Shown here one piece after another: positions 1 to 8,945 of a stretch of 24,000 nucleotides of DNA. Position 1 is the first letter of the stretch; every line of letters begins with the position of its first letter. The stretch lies in assembly GCA_002452745.1 (NCBI GenBank), contig DKFC01000003.1:74471-98470 (forward strand), in the 5' to 3' direction. The position numbers and the translations under genes are program-made. Source of the DNA: Firmicutes bacterium UBA6806 (GTDB lineage Bacteria > Bacillota > Clostridia > Peptostreptococcales > Acidaminobacteraceae). The notes under the pieces are model-generated. The model did not search any database. It was not told the DNA's origin and saw only the letters and a program-made list of their open reading frames with translations.

Positions 1-759
1 GCCATTTTGAATCAGATGTAGGGCAAATGAGTGTCTGAGTGTATGCGGGGTGATGGACTTGCGAATATCCAATTCCTCCGTATAGCGCTTGACGACTTTC
101 CAAAAGCCCTGTCTTGTAATCCTCTTGCCATAGTAATTGACAAAAAGTGCCTCTTCATCCTCAGTGACGATCTTGCTTCTGCCATCTTTGATATACATCT
201 CCACAGCTTTTGATGCCAGCGAACCAAGCGGTATGACTCTGGCTTTTCCACCTGATCTGCATCTAATGTATCCCATGTTGGTATTGATGTCAGAAAGATT
301 GAGCGAAACGAGTTCAGAAACACGAATTCCCGTTGCATATAGCAACTCTATCATCGCCTTATCCCTTTTACCTATAGATGTTCTTGAATCGGGTTTAGCA
401 ATTAACTTTTCCACTTCACTTAGCGTCATGACGCTTGGCATTTTTCGTTCTGCCTTTGGCGCCTCCACATCCAGTGTGGGATTATTCTCTATATACCCTT
501 TGTTGTGCAAATATGAATAAAAAGTTCTGAGGGAAGCTACATTTCTTTGGATTGTAGAATTGGCCTTTCCAATTTTTTTCAAATAGCCCACATATCCAAG
601 AGCATCCACATGGCTGATTTTAAGGTAATCTCCCAGTCCGTTTTCATCAATATAAATGCCAAAATATTTCAAATCTCGCTTGTATGCCTCTAAAGTATTG
701 GCTGACAAGTGTTTGTGATCTTTTAGATACAACTCGAACTCATAAATGTAGTTGTTCAT
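1..759 (-). CDS. xerD: Tyrosine site-specific recombinase XerD/XerC (3' end truncated by window edge)
   Basis: Open frame read by hand from ATG at 759 (minus), 253 codons without a stop to position 1; absent from the ORF track because it runs off the edge. Motifs: LSANTLEAYKRDLKYF, GKANSTIQRNVASLRTFYSYL, DKAMIELLYATGIRVSELVSL (Arg), GGKARVIPLG (Lys), TPHTLRHSFALHL (His/Arg box). Confidence 0.93.
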   Translation of the reverse strand, partial: MNNYIYEFELYLKDHKHLSANTLEAYKRDLKYFGIYIDENGLGDYLKISHVDALGYVGYLKKIGKANSTIQRNVASLRTFYSYLHNKGYIENNPTLDVEAPKAERKMPSVMTLSEVEKLIAKPDSRTSIGKRDKAMIELLYATGIRVSELVSLNLSDINTNMGYIRCRSGGKARVIPLGSLASKAVEMYIKDGRSKIVTEDEEALFVNYYGKRITRQGFWKVVKRYTEELDIRKSITPHTLRHSFALHLIQNG

Positions 760-843
760 TTCCCCAAAACTCCTTATTTTATTGTATCGGAATGCCCATT
801 TATTTAAAAGACAATTCCTTATCTTTTGTGTACTTTACACAAC

Positions 844-2037
844 TCATGCTTTTCTATTTTCTTTGTGAGCTTTCTTTTCAACATACATGGCCTCATCGGC
901 TTCATGTAGAAATTCGCTTGGATTTCTGTGCTTAGAAGGATTATACTGGGCAAATCCAGCACTGGCACTTGCTCTAAATCTATACATGCCCTGCAAATTC
1001 ACTTGTAAGAATTCATCACATATTCTTCGCCACACTTTTTTTGCCTGACCTTCACCGCATCGTGAAAAGACAATTAGGAACTCATCTCCCCCAAGACGAG
1101 CAACCATATCAAATTCACGAAGATTTGTCTGTATGATGTCTGAAACCGCTTTCAGCATCTTATCGCCTTCCTTGTGCCCATAGCGATCGTTAACCCCTTT
1201 TAAGTCATTGACATCTATATAGGCAATTGTCAAATCATAGCCTTGAAGAGAAGATCGCGTCATCTCTGATTTGAGATGCGTTATACCGGCCTCTCGGCTT
1301 AGAACACCAGTCATCTGATCTATCTCCGCCTTGTACTTGTAGTTCTCCAGATTGTTGTCCACGATGAAGTTTCGATTGATGAGAACCACCATCATCAGCG
1401 AAATCACAGTGATAAACAAATACGTAAAGAGCATGTAGAAGGATAGACTTGAAGGTGCAGTCGAAACAAAAACACCTGTTGAGGCGATTTCAATTAGGCT
1501 GGCAAATGTCATTCGCTGATAAATCAGTATAATGGCAAAGATGAGGAAATTGCTAAGCAGCAAACGCCTTTCTATCCTCCTGTTAATTGAGACAATATTC
1601 TTAAAAACCCGCATTATCAATTTGTAGTATTTCAGCAAAATGAAGAAGATGATAAAAAAGAGTCCTAAAACAGGATAGTGATTGGTGAATAAGATCAGCC
1701 TAAAGTCCACAACACTCCCATAAAGGAGAAAACCTATGTTGACCGTTATTAAAGATGTGACAATTTTTATAAGGAACAGCAAGACTGTCGTCACCGAACT
1801 GATAAAACTCGAAATTCGATAGAGGCTTATCAAAATTAAATTAAGTGATCCATATAGTATCAGTATATCAAGCAACTTCGTCCCATCATAGAAATAGAGA
1901 AAAAAACTCAGAAACACGACGACAATAGCGTGTTTGAATCTCGGCTGCTTGCTGAATTTAGGCGCAATGACATAAAGTCCGTAAAAGATAATCAATGCAC
2001 CCATTATGGAATGTAGTCCCCCCAAAAATACCTGCAT
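844..2037 (-). CDS. Integral membrane diguanylate cyclase (GGDEF domain)
   Basis: 397 aa; hydrophobic N-terminal half with many predicted TM segments, then IDVNDLKGVNDRYGHKEGDKMLK and ARLGGDEFLIVFSR, the canonical GG[D/E]EF active site. Confidence 0.92.
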   Translation of the reverse strand: MQVFLGGLHSIMGALIIFYGLYVIAPKFSKQPRFKHAIVVVFLSFFLYFYDGTKLLDILILYGSLNLILISLYRISSFISSVTTVLLFLIKIVTSLITVNIGFLLYGSVVDFRLILFTNHYPVLGLFFIIFFILLKYYKLIMRVFKNIVSINRRIERRLLLSNFLIFAIILIYQRMTFASLIEIASTGVFVSTAPSSLSFYMLFTYLFITVISLMMVVLINRNFIVDNNLENYKYKAEIDQMTGVLSREAGITHLKSEMTRSSLQGYDLTIAYIDVNDLKGVNDRYGHKEGDKMLKAVSDIIQTNLREFDMVARLGGDEFLIVFSRCGEGQAKKVWRRICDEFLQVNLQGMYRFRASASAGFAQYNPSKHRNPSEFLHEADEAMYVEKKAHKENRKA

Positions 2038-2071
2038 ACTATGACTCCGTTCTCATGAACATGTTACTGCT

Positions 2072-3751
2072 CTAACTTTTCAGTGTCCTCGCATGTCTCA
2101 GCATCTCCTCTGCATGCGACTTTGTTGCCTTTGTAAATTCCGCGCCTCCTACTAGCCTTCCAATCTCCTCGACAATTTCCTCTTTTATAATCTCTTTAAT
2201 TGTCGTCATAGTGGAGTCCAACTGCGCATGCTTTTCAATTAGCAGATGCTTATCTGAAAAGACTGCGATTTGAGGCAAATGTGTAATGCAAATAATCTGA
2301 CTTTGCCTTGCCAGTCTCGCGAGTTTTTCGCCAACTACATTTGCGGTAATACCACTGATACCCGTGTCAATTTCATCGAAGATCAGTGTTGGAATCTCAT
2401 CAAGATGTCCCAGCACAATTTTAATTCCAAGCATCAATCTGGAAAGTTCACCACCTGATACTACTTTTTTAAGTGGCTTAAATGGCTGTCCTGGATTTGT
2501 GGATATAGAAAATTCAACTTCGTCAATGCCGCGTTCTGTGACGTGGATTGACTGAGTTAAGTCTATTTTAAAACGCGTGTCTTTCATATTGAGTTCAAAA
2601 AGCTCCGATTGAAGCGCTTCTTGAAATCTCTTTGCGCTGTCCATCCGCATCTGAGATAACTTCTTTGAAACCTCTGTGTAGCGTTTCATGGCTTGCTTTC
2701 GGCTCTCTAGAAGCACCTCTACCTTTGCATCTATCTGCTCATAGGCCTCTAGCTCCTCAGCGATGGACTTTTCGACCATCAATATCTCTGAAATGGACTG
2801 TCCATATTTGGTCTTAAGTGTGTTGATCGTATCAAGTCGCTTTTCAACCGCACCTAACCGTTCAGGATCAAACTCCAGATTGTCCCTATAGGACTCCACA
2901 TCTCGATTCAAGTCTTCAAGCACATAGTACACTTCCTTAAATCGAACTGAAAAGTCCTCAATCTGCGCATCCAGTGATTCAATACGCCTTATGTCTGAAG
3001 ACAGTGACGACAATTTTCCTAAAAGCCCATCACTAAACTCGCCACGAAGCCAATTGCTGCACTTTTCAAACGTATTTTGAACCGTTTCAATATTTGAAAG
3101 ATACTCAAATTCCCGTTCAAGTGTTGCGTCTTCATCAGGCTTTAACTTGGCATTTCGAATTTCATCCAACTGATAAGTTAAAAAATCTATTTTTTTACGC
3201 TTATCGTGATCGTCTATTTGAAGGTTGCCGAGATTGCTGTCTATCTCTGAAATCGTATCATAAATGGACTTGATCTCAGTCAGCAGCTGCTCATGCGCCT
3301 CTCCACCATAGACATCTAAAAGTGTCAATTGGTTGGATCTCGCCAGAAGTTTTTGATTTTCATTTTGACCATGCAAATCTATCAGAGAATCTGTAACATC
3401 CCTGACAATATTAAGCGGTGTCACCTGCCCGTTAATTCTGGTGACACTTTTGCCCTTTGCCTGAATTTCTCTGGCGATGACCACAATTTCATCGTCCGCC
3501 TGTATTCCATTTTCCTCTAGAATCATGTTGACAGAATCACTTGTATAGAAGCTGGCCTTGATAACCGCCTTGTCACTGCCTATGCGCACAGCATCCTTAC
3601 TCGCCGCTTCTCCGAGTATCAGCCTGATAGCACCCAAGATCATGGATTTGCCAGCACCTGTTTCACCCGTTATAATGTTAAGCCCTGACAGAAAATCAAC
3701 TGTCACATCTTCTATAAGTATAAAATCTTTGATTTTCAATTCAAAAATCAT
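2072..3751 (-). CDS. recN: DNA repair protein RecN (SMC-like ATPase)
   Basis: 559 aa; MIFELKIKDFILIEDVTVDFLSGLNIITGETGAGKSMILGAI (Walker A), VSGGELSRLMLGIKIVL signature, TLIFDEIDTGISG (Walker B), ICITHLPQIA. Confidence 0.97.
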   Translation of the reverse strand: MIFELKIKDFILIEDVTVDFLSGLNIITGETGAGKSMILGAIRLILGEAASKDAVRIGSDKAVIKASFYTSDSVNMILEENGIQADDEIVVIAREIQAKGKSVTRINGQVTPLNIVRDVTDSLIDLHGQNENQKLLARSNQLTLLDVYGGEAHEQLLTEIKSIYDTISEIDSNLGNLQIDDHDKRKKIDFLTYQLDEIRNAKLKPDEDATLEREFEYLSNIETVQNTFEKCSNWLRGEFSDGLLGKLSSLSSDIRRIESLDAQIEDFSVRFKEVYYVLEDLNRDVESYRDNLEFDPERLGAVEKRLDTINTLKTKYGQSISEILMVEKSIAEELEAYEQIDAKVEVLLESRKQAMKRYTEVSKKLSQMRMDSAKRFQEALQSELFELNMKDTRFKIDLTQSIHVTERGIDEVEFSISTNPGQPFKPLKKVVSGGELSRLMLGIKIVLGHLDEIPTLIFDEIDTGISGITANVVGEKLARLARQSQIICITHLPQIAVFSDKHLLIEKHAQLDSTMTTIKEIIKEEIVEEIGRLVGGAEFTKATKSHAEEMLRHARTLKS

Positions 3752-3864
3752 GTTATTCCCTCATAATCTGCTCTATTATTGATGATTCTACTTCTCAAAA
3801 CACTGAAATACCTTATTTTTATATTAATCGGCGAAACCATGTTCTCTCAATGGAGGTTTCCCTG

Positions 3865-4314
3865 TTAAACTAGCATATCCTTAAATAATTTGATGATTCT
3901 ATCCACTTGACTTTCTTCTCTGACAACTAAAAATATCGTATCATCTCCAGCAATTGTGCCCACAATCTCCTTGATGTTCAAGGCATCTATAGAGACAGCC
4001 GCTGCATTTGCAGAACCCACCAGTGTCTTAATGATAATGATGTTGCCTGCGTTGTCAACAGATACCACTGAGTTTCGATAAATCTTGAGAAAGCGATCAT
4101 TGACAGCGCCCTCTTTCTCACGAATTGACGCATACTTGTATCGTCCATCCTTAGTGAGTACTTTAATCAATCTCATTTCTTTGATATCCCTTGACACAGT
4201 GGCTTGAGTCACTTGAAATCCAGATGCTCTCAGTTCACTCGCAAGTTCATCCTGAGTTTCCACATCTTTGCTTTCAATGATTTCTAGAATTTTAGATTGC
4301 CTGGAATATTTCAT
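3865..4314 (-). CDS. argR: Arginine repressor ArgR
   Basis: 149 aa; KILEIIESKDVETQDELASELRASGFQVTQATVSRDIKEMRLIKV wing-HTH and C-terminal GSANAAAVSIDALNIKEIVGTIAGDDTIFLV. Confidence 0.96.
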   Translation of the reverse strand: MKYSRQSKILEIIESKDVETQDELASELRASGFQVTQATVSRDIKEMRLIKVLTKDGRYKYASIREKEGAVNDRFLKIYRNSVVSVDNAGNIIIIKTLVGSANAAAVSIDALNIKEIVGTIAGDDTIFLVVREESQVDRIIKLFKDMLV

Positions 4315-4462
4315 ACTGCCTCCCCATGATTCCCCAAGCTGTCCGTATTATGCGCACAAACTGCTTGAGAATTATATTTCTACCGCTTCAATTCATATAA
4401 CATTCTTATTATATTACAAAAATATTCTTTAGTAAAATAGAACCCAGAGAATGATGTTAAAA

Positions 4463-4485
4463 ACAGCGGCAAAGGCATGCGCTGT
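4463..4485 (-). terminator. Intrinsic terminator downstream of the chrA pair
   Basis: Minus strand ACAGCG-catgcctttgc-CGCTGT followed by TTTTT, starting 11 nt after the stop codon of the 4496..5059 ORF. Confidence 0.65.
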
Positions 4486-4495
4486 CTGAGTGAGA

Positions 4496-5059
4496 TTACC
4501 ATATGAATACCCCTAGCACACCAGCTAGAGCAATGTATACAATTGGATGTTTCTTGTATCTGTGTATCAACCATAAAAAGACGCTAAATAAGGCAACTGC
4601 TTTTAAATCAAGCCCATTTAGCAAGTTGTCAAGTGTGCCTTGCTCTTCATAGAGAGACACTAGGCTCACCTGAAAAATTGCCGTTATCAAGAGGCCTATG
4701 ACAGCAGCTTTCAATCCCACCATAGTGGCCTTGACAACTGGTTCATCGTTAAAGTGCTTTAAAAATCTCGCAACAATCAGTGCCATGAAAAACGCCGGCA
4801 AAATCACTGCAATTGATGACAAAAGTGCTCCAAATACCCCAGATTTCTGAAAACCTATAAAAGTCGCCATATTTATGGCTATAGGCCCAGGTGTTGACTG
4901 GGCAATTGCAATTAGGTTTGCAAACTGAGCATTTGTAAGCCATTGATTTGAAATGGCAACATCCCTTAAGAGCGGAATCATGGCAAGACCGCCTCCATAA
5001 GTAAAAGCGCCTATCTTGAAGAATTCCCAAAGTAATTGTCCCATCATGTCGAGATTCAT
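4496..5059 (-). CDS. chrA: Chromate transporter family protein (single CHR domain, short form)
   Basis: 187 aa; LLWEFFKIGAFTYGGGLAMIPLLRD, IAIAQSTPGPIAINMATFIGF. Confidence 0.88.
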   Translation of the reverse strand: MNLDMMGQLLWEFFKIGAFTYGGGLAMIPLLRDVAISNQWLTNAQFANLIAIAQSTPGPIAINMATFIGFQKSGVFGALLSSIAVILPAFFMALIVARFLKHFNDEPVVKATMVGLKAAVIGLLITAIFQVSLVSLYEEQGTLDNLLNGLDLKAVALFSVFLWLIHRYKKHPIVYIALAGVLGVFIW

Positions 5060-5604
5060 GACTTCACCTGCCCTCTGTAATAAAATGCGCCGAACACACC
5101 TGCTGCCACTATTACCAGAATTGGAGACCCATCAAAGAACATGACAAATAAAAATCCCAAAGCAGCAATAATCAGTGCTACCCAATCCTTGATAGAAGCC
5201 TTAATCATTCGCACCATTGAAAGACATAGAAGAGCTAACACGGCAATGCGTATTCCCCTAAATGCCTTCTGCACAACCTCAAGGTTTTCCACTTGTGTGA
5301 ACACGGCTGTAATGCCCATAATAATCAGAATTGACGGCGTGATAACGCCAAGGACACAGACGATTGCCCCCATTACACCTGCAAGCCTGTAGCCCACAAA
5401 AACAGCTGTATTGGATGCGATTACCCCAGGAAGTGATTGTGCGATGGAGTAGCACTCCAAGATTTCCTCCATGTCCATCCATTGCTTGTCTTGAACCACT
5501 TCACGCTCTATAATGGGCAACATGGCATAGCCACCGCCAATTGTGAGCAGTCCCACTTTAAAAAAGGCTACATACATCTGTAGCCATTTTGGATACGTTT
5601 TCAT
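5056..5604 (-). CDS. chrA: Chromate transporter family protein (single CHR domain, partner half)
   Basis: 182 aa; FFKVGLLTIGGGYAMLPIIEREV, YSIAQSLPGVIASNTAVFVGYRLAG; 4-nt overlap with the next chr gene. Confidence 0.88.
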   Translation of the reverse strand: MKTYPKWLQMYVAFFKVGLLTIGGGYAMLPIIEREVVQDKQWMDMEEILECYSIAQSLPGVIASNTAVFVGYRLAGVMGAIVCVLGVITPSILIIMGITAVFTQVENLEVVQKAFRGIRIAVLALLCLSMVRMIKASIKDWVALIIAALGFLFVMFFDGSPILVIVAAGVFGAFYYRGQVKS

Positions 5605-5656
5605 TTTCTCTCCCTACAAATTCAAATATACTTAGCCAACCTTTGCCACTAAACCT

Positions 5657-6466
5657 TTAATCTGCAATCAAAGACGCATGCGCTTCGGCAATTAGCTTAT
5701 CCACATCAAATGAAAACTCATTTTCTGGTTGAGCGGTTCTCGTTGCATAAGCCAAAAATTCTATATTCCCCTTTGGCCCTTTAATTGGCGAAAATGTCAC
5801 TGCCTCAACCTTGAGAAAATTGCCTCTGCAAAACTCCAGCAAGGTATCAACGACCTTCGCATGCACTTTTGAATCCCTTACAACACCGCTCTTTTTAACC
5901 GCTTCTCTTCCCGCTTCAAACTGAGGCTTAATGAGAAAGACAATTTTAGCACCTTCCTTCATAAGCGATACAGCAACAGGCAACACCAGTTTAAGGGATA
6001 TAAAAGAAACATCCACACTTACAAAATCCAGTTCTGTTTTAACTGTCTCCATGGTCAAATACCGGACGTTTGTACGCTCCATGTTCACCACCCGTGGATC
6101 GTTTCTGAGCTTCCAATCCAGTTGCCCATACCCTACATCCACCGAAAACACCTTCGTTGCACCGTTCTGGAGCATACAATCCGTAAAGCCGCCTGTGGAG
6201 GCACCAATATCCATACAAATTTTTTCGCCTAAATCTATTCCATAGAGTTTAATGGCCTTATCTAATTTAAGCCCTCCTCTGCTGACAAAGGGGAGGATGT
6301 TCTCACGCACTTCAATTTGAGATTCCAAATCCACTTGGGTGCCAGGTTTGTCTAACTTCTGTCCATCCACATAGACGACACCTGCCATGATAATGCGCTT
6401 TGCCTTTTCTCTCGACTCAGCAAGCTGCTTTTCAGTTAGCAACACATCTAATCTCTCTTTAGCCAT
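5657..6466 (-). CDS. tlyA: TlyA family rRNA (cytidine-2'-O)-methyltransferase / hemolysin A-like
   Basis: 269 aa; S4 domain start (KERLDVLLTEKQLAESREKAKRIIMAGVVYVDGQ), PFVSRGGLKLDKAI, DIGASTGGFTDCMLQNGA, FDFVSVDVSFISL. Confidence 0.94.
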   Translation of the reverse strand: MAKERLDVLLTEKQLAESREKAKRIIMAGVVYVDGQKLDKPGTQVDLESQIEVRENILPFVSRGGLKLDKAIKLYGIDLGEKICMDIGASTGGFTDCMLQNGATKVFSVDVGYGQLDWKLRNDPRVVNMERTNVRYLTMETVKTELDFVSVDVSFISLKLVLPVAVSLMKEGAKIVFLIKPQFEAGREAVKKSGVVRDSKVHAKVVDTLLEFCRGNFLKVEAVTFSPIKGPKGNIEFLAYATRTAQPENEFSFDVDKLIAEAHASLIAD

Positions 6467-8324
6467 TGATTACCTCTCTTATTCTCTCCAAAACGCCCTC
6501 TGTATCCAACTTATAAACCCGGAGTAAATCCTCAATATTGCCATGAGGAATGAATTCATCTTCGATTCCAAGTTTATAAAATTTAAAGTCACTTAAATCG
6601 GAATCCGTCAGAAGACCTGATATTACTTTATCTCCGAACCCACCTGATATCGTGTGATCTTCCAGTGTAAATACAACTTTAGCACCTTTTAGGAGACGCT
6701 TGAGGGTTTCAGTGTCCAGCGGTTTAATCTGCGATACGTTAATGACCTTCATCGGCACGACCTCCGCACACTCTATGGCTGTCTTCACCATCTTACCAGT
6801 GGTGATAACGGCCACTTCACCACCCTCTTTCAAGAGCTTCGGTCCAAAGTCAAATCCCTCTTTTTCAAAGTTAGACGGTTCTGACAACTGATAAGCATTT
6901 CCCCTTGGATATCGAATGGCTATAGGTCCGTCCCAATAGTTCATGGCGTAGACCATCATCTGCTCAAGCTCCAATTGATCTTTTGGAGATAAAATTTTCA
7001 TGTTGGGCATGTGAGACAGGTAACTTATATCAAACACGCCATGATGGGTTTCGCCGTCATTTCCAACAAGCCCTGCACGGTCTATGCAAAAGACAACTGG
7101 TGCTTTTTGTAGACAGACATCATGTAAAATTTGGTCATACGCCCTCTGCAAGAAAGTCGAATAAATAGCTACAAATGGTTTGATGCCCTCCAAGGCCATC
7201 CCTGCAGCCATGGTGACAGCATGTTGTTCAGCAATAGCCACATCAAACAGCCTATCCCTGAATTTTTGAGCGTACTCACTGAGGCCAGTGCCATCTATCA
7301 TAGCCGCAGTAATCGCCACAACTTTTGGGTTCTGAGTGGCCAATCGAATCATCTGGTCGCCAAAGACCTTGGAAAAATCGTGCTTTACTTTGCTTTCTAT
7401 GCACTTGTTTGGGTCAAATGTCCCAACACCATGATATTTATTAGGGTCTTTTTCTGAATGAACATATCCCTTTCCCTTTTGAGTCAACACGTGAATGAGC
7501 ACTGGCCCCTTTACGTGTTTTATCATCTGAAAAGTCTCTATGAGTTCTTTTAAATCATGACCATTTACAGGCCCGATGTAGGTCAGTCCAATTTCTTCAA
7601 AGAAGAGACCGCCATCGACTACAAAATACTTCAAGCTGTCTTTGAGCTTTCCAATGAAATCGATCATATTGCCGCCAATACTTGGAATTTTCGAAAGCGT
7701 CGCCTTCGTATCCGTTTTGACTTTTGAGTATGTCTCAGTCGTTCTGAGTTTCCCAAGTGCTTTTGATAAGCCGCCTACGTTTTCAGAAATAGACATTTCA
7801 TTGTCGTTTAATACCACTTTAACATTGGTCTTCGCATGTCCCAAGTAGTTAAGAGCCTCTAGAGCCATGCCTCCCGTCAGTGCACCATCACCTATAACTG
7901 AGATGACATCAAAGTTCTCGCCCTTTATATCCCTCGCCTTGGCAATACCCACCCCTGCGGAGATAGATGTACTGCTGTGCCCTGCTTCAAAGATGTCATG
8001 AATAGATTCTTTTCGCTTCAAAAAACCACTGAGTCCATCATATTGTCTCAGTGTATCAAAATTTTCTTTTCTGCCGGTGATCACTTTATGAACATAGGCC
8101 TGATGCCCCACATCCCAGATGATTTTATCGTTTGGGCTGTCAAACACATAATGCAGAGCAGTTGTCAATTCAACAACTCCCAAATTTGATGACAAATGTC
8201 CCCCTGTCTTTGAAATATTCTCAATGAGAAATGCTCTTATTTCATGACAGAGCACCACCATTTCGTCAAACGAAAGTTGTTTAAGCGCCTCTGGTGAATT
8301 GACCTTGTCCAAAATTTTATACAT
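6459..8324 (-). CDS. dxs: 1-deoxy-D-xylulose-5-phosphate synthase
   Basis: ORF 6459..8408; preferred start is Met29 (MYKILDKVNSPEALKQLSFDEM...) at 8324, next to the oapA stop. Motifs: GHQAYVHKVITGR, VIGDGALTGGMALEALN, DRAGLVGNDGETHHGVFDISYL, AEQHAVTMAAGMA. Confidence 0.97.
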   Translation of the reverse strand: MYKILDKVNSPEALKQLSFDEMVVLCHEIRAFLIENISKTGGHLSSNLGVVELTTALHYVFDSPNDKIIWDVGHQAYVHKVITGRKENFDTLRQYDGLSGFLKRKESIHDIFEAGHSSTSISAGVGIAKARDIKGENFDVISVIGDGALTGGMALEALNYLGHAKTNVKVVLNDNEMSISENVGGLSKALGKLRTTETYSKVKTDTKATLSKIPSIGGNMIDFIGKLKDSLKYFVVDGGLFFEEIGLTYIGPVNGHDLKELIETFQMIKHVKGPVLIHVLTQKGKGYVHSEKDPNKYHGVGTFDPNKCIESKVKHDFSKVFGDQMIRLATQNPKVVAITAAMIDGTGLSEYAQKFRDRLFDVAIAEQHAVTMAAGMALEGIKPFVAIYSTFLQRAYDQILHDVCLQKAPVVFCIDRAGLVGNDGETHHGVFDISYLSHMPNMKILSPKDQLELEQMMVYAMNYWDGPIAIRYPRGNAYQLSEPSNFEKEGFDFGPKLLKEGGEVAVITTGKMVKTAIECAEVVPMKVINVSQIKPLDTETLKRLLKGAKVVFTLEDHTISGGFGDKVISGLLTDSDLSDFKFYKLGIEDEFIPHGNIEDLLRVYKLDTEGVLERIREVING

Positions 8325-8325
8325 T

Positions 8326-8910
8326 TTAATTACCTCTTCCTTGAATAATCCCTCGATATGTTTCCAGTGAGAAGACACTCTTCGCAAAGTAGATGACTTT
8401 ACCTGCAAGGTTTACGACATCCTTTGCCCTGCTGATGGCAATTTCCTTGCCAATGGCCTTTCCGCCAACTGTCAAAGCAGCCACTATGCCACTGATACCA
8501 ATAGAGAGATAGGCGGTGTACGCTTCTGGAATTTGGTATTGATCAATTGCACCTATGATGATACCAATAGTCGTACCGCTGATAATTCCGGCGATATCGC
8601 CGATGACGTCATTGCAAAAGTTGGACACCATAGATGCATTTTTAATCAGCATAATTGAGTACTTCGCACTCTTGACCTTAGCTGAGGCCATTGCGTGAAA
8701 GGGCTTCTCATCTGCCGCGGTCACGGATATGCCAATTGCATCAAAGCAGATGCCAATAAAAATAATACATAACAGCATCAAAAACGCTGAAAAGACATTT
8801 ACATGTCTCAGCAATGCTTCCGATACAATCGAAAAAATTACTGCAAGTGTAAACGTCATTATAAAAGTTCTAAATATCCATTTGTAATTGATTTTTCTAT
8901 TTGCTTTCAA
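8326..8910 (-). CDS. oapA: OLE-associated protein OapA (membrane protein)
   Basis: Track ORF 8326..9003; preferred start is TTG at 8910 (LKANRKINYKW...), with a G-rich Shine-Dalgarno (GGGGG at 8916-8920) ~5-9 nt upstream; ~194 aa. Multiple TM segments and conserved FDAIGISVTAADEKPFHAMASAKVKSAK plus NDVIGDIAGIISGTTIG (DxxxD), matching the OapA family as I know it. Lies directly 3' of the OLE RNA candidate. Confidence 0.88.
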   Translation of the reverse strand: MKANRKINYKWIFRTFIMTFTLAVIFSIVSEALLRHVNVFSAFLMLLCIIFIGICFDAIGISVTAADEKPFHAMASAKVKSAKYSIMLIKNASMVSNFCNDVIGDIAGIISGTTIGIIIGAIDQYQIPEAYTAYLSIGISGIVAALTVGGKAIGKEIAISRAKDVVNLAGKVIYFAKSVFSLETYRGIIQGRGN

Positions 8911-8945
8911 ATTTTCCCCCGACTCTTCACTATTTTCATGAATTC

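Noticed and set aside
12-338. 108-aa ORF (MQREFVFLNSFRSIFLTSIPTWD...) listed in the track
   Set aside because: Frame-shifted reading of the xerD coding strand; the true frame gives an uninterrupted tyrosine recombinase over 1-759.
137-520. 127-aa plus-strand ORF
   Set aside because: Antisense to xerD; no recognisable domain.
541-600. Apparent frameshift in xerD near GYVGYLKK
   Set aside because: Re-reading the bases (cttggatatgtgggctatttg) shows a continuous frame; my first reading dropped a G.
3824-3855. GAAACC ... GGTTTC inverted repeat between argR and recN
   Set aside because: Short stem with a large asymmetric loop and no U-run; too weak to call a terminator, and argR and recN may be cotranscribed.
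4350-4430. Possible ARG box in the AT-rich argR upstream region
   Set aside because: Sequences such as GAATGTTATATGAAT are AT-rich, but I could not match them convincingly to an ARG-box consensus.
4380-4574. 64-aa minus-strand ORF upstream of argR (MVDTQIQETSNCIHCSS...)
   Set aside because: Overlaps the chrA 3' end and its terminator; an out-of-frame by-product with no family features.
4749-5030. 93-aa and similar 67-aa (5279-5482) minus-strand ORFs inside the chrA genes
   Set aside because: Shadow frames of the supported CHR-domain coding sequences.
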